Origin: a virus
Virus record (IMG/VR): IMGVR_UViG_3300044615_001997
Direction: 5' to 3' (one strand)
Length of the DNA: 64,000 bases
Positions 56,801 to 63,951 of this stretch are shown here, piece after piece (the first letter of the stretch is position 1; each line of letters opens with the position of its first letter). The notes below the pieces were generated by a model. It was not told the origin of the DNA, searched no databases, and saw nothing but the letters and a program-made list of their open reading frames with translations. The position numbers were made by a program, and so were the translations under genes.

Positions 56801-57379
56801 ATTATTGTCTGTATAGTCTGGGGTGGGTGCAGTTGCAAGTCCAGTGAACTGCGGATTATTTACAGGTGCCTTGGAGCTATCAGAAGGATGCGAATGGTCT
56901 TCTCTGGCAAACTTTATACTTGTTCCAACCTCTCCAGAAACACTGTCAGGTTCAGGAATTTCTGTTGCAGTTAAGTTTTTTACAAAAGCAGTTGTAGCTA
57001 CTTGTGTAGAATTTGTTGCTGTGGGCGCAGTGGGAGCTGTCGGAACACCTGTAAAATTAGGCGAGTCAAAATCTTCTTCAGAATCCTGAACCGTGCTCAA
57101 ACGAATCCAGCTATTTTCTTGGCTCGCTGGAGAAGTTTTTAAGAAATATATAGAATTATTGTCGCTCTGAATACAAAAATCTCCGGGAGTAGCTGAAGAT
57201 AGGGCTAAACGAGCAGCGGTATTAACTGCATCGTATATTGTGGCAGAATTGCTTACTAAGCTGAGGTTTATTTTTCCCTCAGCATCCAAAAGAGGAACTT
57301 TAAAGGCATCTGCCTCACCAGAACTCTCGAAAACCGCACCCCTTACAGGGAGTCTAGATAAAAAAGCGCTATCAGCCAT
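53888..57379 (-). CDS. Tail fibre protein (1163 aa)
   Basis: SPNFTGVPTAPT, DAATKAYVD, RVLVKNQT..AQNGIY, tandem 53-aa repeats. Confidence 0.85.
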   Translation of the reverse strand: MADSAFLSRLPVRGAVFESSGEADAFKVPLLDAEGKINLSLVSNSATIYDAVNTAARLALSSATPGDFCIQSDNNSIYFLKTSPASQENSWIRLSTVQDSEEDFDSPNFTGVPTAPTAPTATNSTQVATTAFVKNLTATEIPEPDSVSGEVGTSIKFAREDHSHPSDSSKAPVNNPQFTGLATAPTPDYTDNNTRLATTSYVKQQSIDGFTAPRNNVSLNNFRITSLGTPINERDAATKAYVDALQSGLTVREPVKVATTPQTGNISLTGSVTSIDGVALTAGNRVLVKNQTNPAQNGIYTVNIGGIWQRTTDADSSLEMKNGVYVFVLDGSINKNSAWVLITSGNVNLNTTPLNFVYYTNQDANLILAGYGLIKETNTVLVDDTVIASVAQVNTKQNQLVSGNNIKTLNQESLLGSGNITLTKESIGLSNVDNTSDANKPVSTATQTALNAKENTITAGTTGQYWRGDKSWQTLDKTAAGLSNVDNTSDANKPVSTAQQTALNAKENTITAGTTGQYWRGDKSWQTLDKSAVGLSNVDNTSDANKPVSTATQTALNAKVNTSSLGVASGVATLDASSKLTSSQLPDLAISDYLGAVATESAMLALTGQKGDWANRTDTGTVFIITGTTPSQIGSWTQLNYPTAPVTSVAGKTGTVTLAKADVGLSNVDNTSDANKPVSAATQTALNSKENTITAGTTTQYWRGDKSWQSLDKSAVGLNNVDNTSDANKPVSTATQTALNAKENTITAGTTTQYWRGDKSWQTLDKSSVGLGNVDNTSDANKPVSTATQTALNAKQNTLVSGTNIKTINGNSVLGSGDISITTSGVLTVSPNVGLTISSDNLSTVYNTTMSDTVQSTAVGGATATAASEWKTKTIVQVLDAILFPDVLATYTIPTITITGITAGTYEVGQTVAQSLSLVGTKNDAGAFTNLSISRSVNSGAGTAIGSGTTSPTTGTTTNVADQFGYANPNNPNTTYTYAPTGIADFSVPSGTSSWTGSGNYSAGLVKKNNKGVNDTRIAAVRTTTAPQASSTGFQTSAITITGIYPYYWGVSSTQPTKASIATAIQTGVGATRELSSSSGTVTITYSANGQFVWFAHANEYTAKTKWYNTDLNNGNIGAGNFILAPEEQTMNAQNGRWTGVPFKVYISSGATNTSGSIQFRNN
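54990..56100 (-). repeat. 159-bp (53-aa) tandem repeats in two arrays
   Basis: Unit NVDNTSDANKPVSTATQTALNAKENTITAGTTGQYWRGDKSWQTLDK...; six NVDNTSDANKPVS copies at 159-bp spacing within each array. Confidence 0.9.
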
Positions 57380-57414
57380 TAGACTATTCTATAAATTCGT
57401 TAGCTGTTAGTCAA
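57380..57414 (-). promoter_or_regulatory. Sigma70-type promoter, predicted leaderless
   Basis: TTGACT-17 nt-TAGAAT-6 nt-ATG. Confidence 0.65.
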
Positions 57415-57423
57415 TTTATAAGG

Positions 57424-57798
57424 TTAACTATCTAGTTTTTTTACGATAGGCATTTTTTCTTCAGAAACATCCTCGTCGTCTTGAATATAGTAATTTATTT
57501 CTCGGCTAGAATAAAATTTAGCTTTTTCAACTTCAGTCTCAATTTCTTCGAAGTCTTCTTCTGTTTCTCTGTCGGCATTTTTAAATACTGCTCTTACAGA
57601 ATCATTATAAACTTTATCTACTACACGCATTTCACTAGCCCCTACCTCACCCATAAAAATACCTTGTTTGGGTTTTGTAAAGGAATTTTCTACACACGTC
57701 CATTGTTCCTGAGGAACACCTAACATTTTTAAAGCTTCTACTCTTTCTTTTGGAATTTCTTTTCCACTAACCATACATTTATAAATTTCTTTAGGCAT
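57424..57798 (-). CDS. TraR/DksA zinc-finger-like protein (degenerate)
   Basis: C..SGKEIPKERVEAL...TCVE resembles CxxCGeeIpeaRleA.P....CvxC, with only two Cys retained. Confidence 0.55.
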   Translation of the reverse strand: MPKEIYKCMVSGKEIPKERVEALKMLGVPQEQWTCVENSFTKPKQGIFMGEVGASEMRVVDKVYNDSVRAVFKNADRETEEDFEEIETEVEKAKFYSSREINYYIQDDEDVSEEKMPIVKKLDS

Positions 57799-57803
57799 AA
57801 TTT

Positions 57804-59537
57804 TTATTGAGTCGGTTGTTTACTTTGTTCCAGCCCTTGGCTACGTGCCTGAGAAGTCATTTGCTCTAATTGAGACTTAACGGTAGCATAAAGTGCTTGG
57901 TCTGTTGCCTTTATTTCTTGCAACTTACTTCTGCGCTGCGCTCCATCTAATGGAAATAGCTGTTGCGCAATGTCCTGGGCTTGTTGTAGTGCATCTTGAG
58001 GAGTAGCAGGTCCTGCCGCCCCTTGAGGCTGGTTAGCGCTCATAACATCGTAAATATTAACGTTGTTCAATTGAGCAAATTCATCTTTTTCTTGTTCTTC
58101 TATTTGAAGATCTTTAGCTATACGGTCTTCTTCGGTTTTCTTCCGTAGCTGGTCTTCATAATCAAAGTTGTATAGGTTGAGAAGTTCTGATCTAGCGATA
58201 GCATTAGCAGAAACAAGTTGTCCGATGACAGATTTGCGCTCGATATCGTCCGAGAAAGAAATCGGTATCAACCCAACCTTGGCCTTAGGAAGTGATAAAA
58301 TTTTACCTATAACATCAGCAAGGTGATTTAAAAGAACGTTGTAGTTGTTAGGTATAACATTCCAAGAATTCTCAAATAGTCTCAAAGCTGGACCAGCTGC
58401 TTCAGCTTTCAAAGACATTTGGAAAAGCTCCACAGGTATATCGAGAGCATTCAGAATATTATTTTTATAATTTTCCATCAATTCAACAGGAGCTAAATTT
58501 TTACCTTCACCACCGAGTTGTTGATAGTTGATGGGGAATGGGAACTTGTGATAAGCACCTGGATCTTTACGATGCTCATCAATCATTTCGTCTACAGAAG
58601 CAGCCCAAATACCGCCGTTTTGATGCAAAATTGGGTTGGCTGCCGAGTTACTCTCTGGACTCATCGAAATAACTCTGAATGGGGCTATATCTTCGTAGCA
58701 AATAACCTCGTTATACTTCTTCAGTGTTTGAAGCATGAAAAGATCTTCGAACAAAAACATACAGGGAGGAATAGCTTTACCGTCTGTTCTCAAGGTTGTA
58801 GGAGTTTCTAGTTTGAGATGCAGAAAGTTTTTGGTATTGAAAGACAGCATTTTCTTGTCAAAAATACAGTCGTAAATTACCTTCGGAGTTTTTTTACTGT
58901 AAAACTTATTATTCTTAGTAGTTACTTTCTTAATGTACTGCTGTGGTATATCCCAAAAATACTCATATTCTCCGGTAGTATCTTCGTAACGAATCTTAAT
59001 TTCTTTGGCGGGCCAGTGAACTATGTGTATTTTTGAAATATCGTTCGAAGGTTTGTCGATAACGAGATGCTCCCCTTTATAGCCGCACTTTAAACAAGTT
59101 TTAGTATATTTACCCTTGTTAAATTCAAAGTTATTAACTTTGTCGATATTGTCTACTCTCCCACATTTAGGACATGACAGATTTCTAACAAACCCCTGGT
59201 TAACAGTTAAAAATTCATTTCCAAAAGCCAACAAATTCAACCCAGCAACACTCAATATTTGCCGCCACTTCAGCTCTTCTAAAACTTCTTTATATTTTTC
59301 TTTGGCTTCAGAATCATCACATTCCACATTAAGAGAAGTGATGAAATAGTTAGCAATTCGGTTTAATGCCTGCTTATAGAAACCGTTACGGAAAAGAAAA
59401 TGCTCAGCCCAAAGCAACATTCCGTCAATATTTAACGGCATGTATTGAAGGGGTATATTATAAAAAGGATTACTATAGCGGTCATTCTTCCCCAACCCTG
59501 TCTGGAAAAATGCTTGTGGTTCGTTAGGATTTATCAT
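57804..59537 (-). CDS. Probable portal protein with zinc-ribbon insertion
   Basis: 577 aa at the head of the structural block; FGNEF, FLHLK, G.AIPP, I..ALDIP.ELF portal-like pattern; CPKC...CLKC insert. Confidence 0.55.
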   Translation of the reverse strand: MINPNEPQAFFQTGLGKNDRYSNPFYNIPLQYMPLNIDGMLLWAEHFLFRNGFYKQALNRIANYFITSLNVECDDSEAKEKYKEVLEELKWRQILSVAGLNLLAFGNEFLTVNQGFVRNLSCPKCGRVDNIDKVNNFEFNKGKYTKTCLKCGYKGEHLVIDKPSNDISKIHIVHWPAKEIKIRYEDTTGEYEYFWDIPQQYIKKVTTKNNKFYSKKTPKVIYDCIFDKKMLSFNTKNFLHLKLETPTTLRTDGKAIPPCMFLFEDLFMLQTLKKYNEVICYEDIAPFRVISMSPESNSAANPILHQNGGIWAASVDEMIDEHRKDPGAYHKFPFPINYQQLGGEGKNLAPVELMENYKNNILNALDIPVELFQMSLKAEAAGPALRLFENSWNVIPNNYNVLLNHLADVIGKILSLPKAKVGLIPISFSDDIERKSVIGQLVSANAIARSELLNLYNFDYEDQLRKKTEEDRIAKDLQIEEQEKDEFAQLNNVNIYDVMSANQPQGAAGPATPQDALQQAQDIAQQLFPLDGAQRRSKLQEIKATDQALYATVKSQLEQMTSQARSQGLEQSKQPTQ

Positions 59538-59574
59538 TTTTGGTGCTCGTTAGATAGCGATGATGAAACGATGT

Positions 59575-59739
59575 TCAATCTTTTTTCTCAAACAATTCGC
59601 TTATTTTTTTAGGATTTTTTAATTCGTCTTTATGTTCACGGTCAGCTATCTCAAAACCATCCTCGTCATAAAATTCAGCTTTTTTTGTAGTATCAAAATC
59701 GCTTCGAGACTCTTTTGTAACCATTCCGTATTTATTCAT
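59575..59739 (-). CDS. Small acidic/basic protein (54 aa; not in the ORF track)
   Basis: MNKYGMVTKESRSDFDTTKKAEFYDEDGFEIADREHKDELKNPKKISELFEKKD; overlaps the upstream stop. Confidence 0.55.
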   Translation of the reverse strand: MNKYGMVTKESRSDFDTTKKAEFYDEDGFEIADREHKDELKNPKKISELFEKKD

Positions 59740-60322
59740 CTTTTTTAGGTACCTTAAAAAGTATCATAGCTTTTTTTACACCATCCGTCCAATCAAATAT
59801 AACTCCTGGATAGTAAACAGAATAGCTAACTTTATTATAGGTAAAGTCTAGAGTTTCACTCACTTTAGGTTCAAATACGATTTCATCTTCACTAGAAAAG
59901 AGAAGCATAAAAGCCAGATCATGCTCTATAACTTTCTCAACAGCTGAGCGTATCTTACCAAAGGCGTTCTCAAAATAAACTTGAGTGGGTTTAACTTTTT
60001 CTATTACAGACTCTTCCACAAATTCTATGTTTTCGGTTGTAGAAATTTTATAAGTTGGTTCGACATCTACCGGAATATAACTATTTATTTTTTTTGTTTT
60101 TCTGCCTTTTTTCTTTTGGAGTTTTCCGCTTTCTCCTATTTGCTGCCCTGATTGCTTAGCAGCTTTTTTAATTTGTTCTTGCAACTGTTCTATATCTGCC
60201 TCGTCTCCAACAATAGCCACACCACCATCAACCAACTTTCTACCTTCCGCACTATAGACTGACTTTGAGGGATCTCTAGTACCTATAACTAGATCTCCAG
60301 TTTTTAAATTCATGGTTTCCAT
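59732..60322 (-). CDS. Hypothetical protein
   Basis: ORF with likely start at ATG 60322 or 60313; TTGACT element upstream. Confidence 0.65.
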   Translation of the reverse strand: METMNLKTGDLVIGTRDPSKSVYSAEGRKLVDGGVAIVGDEADIEQLQEQIKKAAKQSGQQIGESGKLQKKKGRKTKKINSYIPVDVEPTYKISTTENIEFVEESVIEKVKPTQVYFENAFGKIRSAVEKVIEHDLAFMLLFSSEDEIVFEPKVSETLDFTYNKVSYSVYYPGVIFDWTDGVKKAMILFKVPKKDE

Positions 60323-60381
60323 AATAATTTCATGTACTCTAATCCAACCCAAACACAAGTCAAATTATTTTTTGAAACTAG

Positions 60382-60410
60382 TTGACCTGGTTAAATTAAA
60401 GAAGTATCTT
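60382..60410 (+). promoter_or_regulatory. Sigma70-type promoter, divergent from the structural block
   Basis: TTGACC-17 nt-TATCTT. Confidence 0.5.
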
Positions 60411-60429
60411 ATATTGTCAAAGCCTGAAA

Positions 60430-60738
60430 ATGAGTTCATCCAAGCTGTACATAGCTAAAAAAAATAGCAAACGTCGTCTAGGTATTTTAGTAGATCTAGA
60501 AGACTACATTAAATATCATAAATGTAACCTTCGTGTACTACCCGATGGAAGAGTTTATTTTACCGACAAAGGCAAAAAAAAGTATTTGCATAGAGAGATT
60601 TTGGATTTGACAAGCCCCGAAAAGAAAGTATTTTTCAAATCAGTGAATAAATTAGACCTGCGTAAAACTAACTTAATCATCCGAGAAGTATCTGATGAGT
60701 ATAGAGGACGTTATGCCGTACAATTTTACAACAACTGA
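60430..60738 (+). CDS. Degenerate HNH endonuclease-like protein
   Basis: LVDLED...YLHREIL...FKSVNKLDLRKTNL versus canonical DHINGNKLDNRRxNL; the catalytic His and Asn are lost. Confidence 0.55.
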   Translation: MSSSKLYIAKKNSKRRLGILVDLEDYIKYHKCNLRVLPDGRVYFTDKGKKKYLHREILDLTSPEKKVFFKSVNKLDLRKTNLIIREVSDEYRGRYAVQFYNN

Positions 60739-60835
60739 AAAAATTAAACTCGAGCTAATTTTATTATAAGTGCTTAGTTATAAATTAATTACAAATATTA
60801 ACTAATAAATTTAGTAAAGTTTTAAAAAATAAAAA

Positions 60836-62347
60836 ATGAATACAACAGAATTATTCTCAAAATTAACAAAACTAAAAGAACAGAAAAAAGGAGCTAAGAG
60901 CTTCCTTCTAAAAAAAGGGTACCAGATAAAAGAAGCTGATCGTGTTGTGGAAGTATTCCGGGCAGCTAAGAATGAGAGAGACTTTGAAGCTAAGGTCGAT
61001 CGTTTTATTGCCGATCTTCCTGAAGACGAACACAACTGGACAGAGAGTCTAAAGTTTGCTGAAAAGTATGTGTACAATAAAGACGATGATAAATATGTTT
61101 TCTATTTGAAGGCAGCTAACGATTTTATCGTACTTCCAGGAAATACTGTTCGTGGAATAATTGATAATTACTCTAATTGGTACAAGAGCCCTAGCTCGGT
61201 AAATGAAATTTGTAGAAATTACCAAATTCCCAAAGCTTATTTCAACGAACTGCGTGAAATTTTAGGCATTACACATAATTCAGAACCTATTACCAAAGAA
61301 GAACTTATAACAAAAAACATAGACCAATTAGCTGACGATATCTTAGAGAAGAAAAAATTCCAACTCTACCAAAAAGTACAAAAAAAGAGTTGGAAAGACA
61401 CTGAAGAAGCTGCCAGTAAATGGTATGATTTTATCGAAGGGTCATTCAATCCGTTTGACTCGCTGTTGAAGTCTTGGGTTCCACCAAAATACGAATCAAT
61501 CAAACAAATAAACAAAAAGAAAAAAGTCGGCAATAAAGCTATTGTTGTAGGTTTGTCAGATATCCACTTCGGAACATATGCCAGCCCAGATAGTTCTTTT
61601 CGTAACAAAGGGTCTAACACAGAAGATATTATTAGGAGCATTGAAAAATACTCCAAAGATATTGTGGAATTTTTAGATAATAGAACCTATAACTTTAACG
61701 AATGTATTATAACTTCACTGGGGGATATCTTACATACTACTGGACAGGGATTCACTACCAAAGGGACCTTGTTGAGTCACGACTGTATTAAAGAAGAGCA
61801 GTTCAATGCCGCTTTTGATACGCTGACTAAGTTCGTCAGTAGTATGTTAGAGCTCTTTCCCAAAGTCAAAGTAAAGAGCGTTAAAGGAAATCATAACGAC
61901 TTTGGAGATTATGTATTATTCCGTGCTTTGCAGGCATATTTCAGAAAAGAGAAGCGTATTGAATTTGAAGTGTTCCAGTCTGACCACGGGCTATTCAAAG
62001 TAAACAACACACTATTCATTATTTCTCATGGTTATAGTGCTGAGTATAAAGGGCACCTACCTGCTAACGGGAAAGCTCGTGAAAGCTATATAGCTAATTT
62101 ATTTCTAGCTAATCCCGAAGCACTAATGAATGTAAAATCTAAAGTACTACTCACTGCTGATCAACATCATTGGGAAGCAAAGGAATATGCCGAGTTCGAA
62201 CACTACATGCTCAGTACTATTGTAGAGGGGGATAAGTATTCTGAATCGATGGGATTAAACAGCAGAGCAAAACAGAGTTGTTTCATTGTCGATGACGAAG
62301 GAATATCTGAAATAATATACAGCTACGCTGGGGGGAAAAAACAATAA
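60836..62347 (+). CDS. Calcineurin-like metallophosphoesterase with N-terminal helical/HTH region
   Basis: LSDIHFG, LGDILH, GNHND, SHG, DQHH. Confidence 0.85.
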   Translation: MNTTELFSKLTKLKEQKKGAKSFLLKKGYQIKEADRVVEVFRAAKNERDFEAKVDRFIADLPEDEHNWTESLKFAEKYVYNKDDDKYVFYLKAANDFIVLPGNTVRGIIDNYSNWYKSPSSVNEICRNYQIPKAYFNELREILGITHNSEPITKEELITKNIDQLADDILEKKKFQLYQKVQKKSWKDTEEAASKWYDFIEGSFNPFDSLLKSWVPPKYESIKQINKKKKVGNKAIVVGLSDIHFGTYASPDSSFRNKGSNTEDIIRSIEKYSKDIVEFLDNRTYNFNECIITSLGDILHTTGQGFTTKGTLLSHDCIKEEQFNAAFDTLTKFVSSMLELFPKVKVKSVKGNHNDFGDYVLFRALQAYFRKEKRIEFEVFQSDHGLFKVNNTLFIISHGYSAEYKGHLPANGKARESYIANLFLANPEALMNVKSKVLLTADQHHWEAKEYAEFEHYMLSTIVEGDKYSESMGLNSRAKQSCFIVDDEGISEIIYSYAGGKKQ

Positions 62348-62420
62348 GACCCCCCTTAAAAATACTCCCTACTTTTAAGGTATAATTAATTAGTAGGGAG
62401 GTATTTTTCGCCCTATTTTT

Positions 62421-62491
62421 TACCTCGTGGTGTAATGGTAGCACAAGAGTTTTTGGCACTCTTTGTCATAGTTCGAGTCTATGCGAGGTAG
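62421..62491 (+). tRNA. tRNA-Gln(UUG)
   Basis: Acceptor TACCTCG/CGAGGTA, loop TTTTGGC, discriminator G. Confidence 0.9.
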
Positions 62492-62501
62492 TAGTAGATT
62501 A

Positions 62502-62595
62502 GCTGGATTAGTGTAACTGGAAGCACCGACGGTCTTATAAGCCGTGTGCCCTAGATGAGGGCCGAGCGTAGGTTCGATTCCTACATCCAGCACCA
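62502..62595 (+). tRNA. tRNA with UAU (Ile) anticodon and long variable arm
   Basis: Acceptor GCTGGAT/ATCCAGC, loop CTTATAA, V-arm GCCCT/AGGGC, T-arm GTAGG-TTCGATT-CCTAC, ACCA end. Confidence 0.85.
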
Positions 62596-62622
62596 ACCGT
62601 AACAACAAACATAAAACACAAT

Positions 62623-62781
62623 ATGCCTAGCAAAAAACCCACAAAGAAAGCAGCTCCTAAAAAAGCCGCAGCAAAAAAACCGGCAGCTAAAAAATCAGCA
62701 GCTAAAAAAGTCGACACTAAAAAAGATCCTGCTCCTACTTCCCTCTCCATTCCTGGTTATGGAAGACGTGCAGCAAAATGA
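62623..62781 (+). CDS. Histone H1-like Lys/Ala/Pro peptide (52 aa; not in the ORF track)
   Basis: MPSKKPTKKAAPKKAAAKKPAAKKSAAKKVDTKKDPAPTSLSIPGYGRRAAK; ATGA overlap with the next gene. Confidence 0.7.
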   Translation: MPSKKPTKKAAPKKAAAKKPAAKKSAAKKVDTKKDPAPTSLSIPGYGRRAAK

Positions 62782-63281
62782 AAGGTTCTTTAGCTGTAGA
62801 CTCAGTTAAATTACACTTTTTCTCTGACTCACTCTATAGGTTAGCTGGGTGTGCGTACTCAGCTATTAGTATACTCACTGGAGAAAATCCCGAGTTGTTA
62901 AGAAAACATTATAAAGATGCATCAGGAATGCCTCCGAATGTAATGTTAAAACATCTTAAAAAACTCAAATTTACTATAAAAAAAATAGATAAAAATTTTC
63001 TCTATAAATTAATACAAGAAGGAAAATATGTCACAGATAGCCATGTAATTTTGGCGTCTGTGAGAATGAATAAAAAAGAAGCTTCTTGGGTCGTACTGTA
63101 TGGGGGAAATATGTGGCATAACTTTGTACCGTTGAGTACATCTTACGTCACCTCCATGAGTTATCCTATGGAGCATGGATATGTCTTGTATTTGCCTGAA
63201 TGGAGAACATGTGCAATTAATACTGTGATAGATAAGCGGATATTAAGATTACAAAAACTTAAAAGACGAACACTACATTAA
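62778..63281 (+). CDS. Papain/C39-like fold protein
   Basis: GCAYSAISILTG...GM....M...LK.L...(S)WVVL; the His position is Ser. Confidence 0.45.
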   Translation: MKGSLAVDSVKLHFFSDSLYRLAGCAYSAISILTGENPELLRKHYKDASGMPPNVMLKHLKKLKFTIKKIDKNFLYKLIQEGKYVTDSHVILASVRMNKKEASWVVLYGGNMWHNFVPLSTSYVTSMSYPMEHGYVLYLPEWRTCAINTVIDKRILRLQKLKRRTLH

Positions 63282-63282
63282 A

Positions 63283-63480
63283 ATGTTAATAACAAAAACC
63301 TCCCAATTAACCGGTAAAACACATACGTTAGATATCCCTGTTACTGAGCACCAATTGAGTGCTTGGAAAACATCAGGTAAAACTATACAGTCAGTATTAC
63401 CTCATCTCACAGCAGATGAAAGAGAGTTTATTCTGACTGGTGTTACAACTACTGAGTGGAACAACGTTTTTTCAAGATGA
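63283..63480 (+). CDS. Conserved small phage protein
   Basis: S.LTGK.HTLDIPVT...IQ..LPHLTADEREFILTG. Confidence 0.7.
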   Translation: MLITKTSQLTGKTHTLDIPVTEHQLSAWKTSGKTIQSVLPHLTADEREFILTGVTTTEWNNVFSR

Positions 63481-63578
63481 AGCATTTGACAACTATTTTC
63501 TATAGTCTATCTATAGTTGGAACGTTTGCTCTGTTCTGGTTCTTTGCCATTTACGGAGCAATACATTTCTTTAAATAA
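63477..63578 (+). CDS. 33-aa membrane peptide
   Basis: MKHLTTIFYSLSIVGTFALFWFFAIYGAIHFFK; ATGA overlap. Confidence 0.45.
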   Translation: MKHLTTIFYSLSIVGTFALFWFFAIYGAIHFFK

Positions 63579-63584
63579 TTTATA

Positions 63585-63657
63585 GGGGTGGTAGCTCAAT
63601 GGTTAGAGCAGTCGGCTCATAATCGATTGGTTGGGGGTTCGAATCCCTCCCGCCCCA
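63585..63657 (+). tRNA. tRNA with CAU anticodon, probably Ile2 (lysidine)
   Basis: Acceptor GGGGTGG/CCGCCCC, loop CTCATAA; lacks the initiator GGG/CCC anticodon stem; body resembles ileX-type tRNAs. Confidence 0.85.
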
Positions 63658-63665
63658 CACTTTGT

Positions 63666-63869
63666 ATGAAAAAATCTAAACGCAAATACACAGCAAAAAA
63701 ATACGAACATCTTTTTTTCGCTGTTACTCAAGGTGAAAACGAAGACTACAAGAGAATGTACAATCTCATGGTAGACTTTGGCTTAACCAAGCAGCAAATA
63801 TTCAAAAGATTCACAGAATATTTGGAGACATATCGACACGAAGCCGATATGATTTTAAAGAAAATATAA
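63666..63869 (+). CDS. Hypothetical basic protein (67 aa)
   Basis: MKKSKRKYTAKK...; true start lies after the tRNA. Confidence 0.6.
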   Translation: MKKSKRKYTAKKYEHLFFAVTQGENEDYKRMYNLMVDFGLTKQQIFKRFTEYLETYRHEADMILKKI

Positions 63870-63875
63870 CACAAC

Positions 63876-63951
63876 GCGCTGGTAGCTCAGTGGATAGAGC
63901 AGTAGCCTTCTAAGCTATTGGTCGCAGGTTCGATCCCTGCTCAGCGCGCCA
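63876..63951 (+). tRNA. tRNA-Arg(UCU)
   Basis: Acceptor GCGCTGG/TCAGCGC, loop CTTCTAA, GCCA end. Confidence 0.95.

Noticed and set aside
43729-57379. Diversity-generating retroelement acting on the fibres
   Set aside because: No reverse transcriptase in the window and no TR/VR pair with adenine-specific mismatches seen.
27983-59349. Many short plus-strand ORFs inside the structural genes
   Set aside because: They are antisense shadows of Thr/Gly/Ala-rich codons with no independent motifs.
62420-62750. Minus-strand ORFs 62420-62608 and 62535-62750
   Set aside because: They are antisense to two tRNAs and the H1-like gene.
63588-63665. N-terminal extension of ORF 63588-63869
   Set aside because: It overlaps the CAU tRNA; the real start is ATG 63666.
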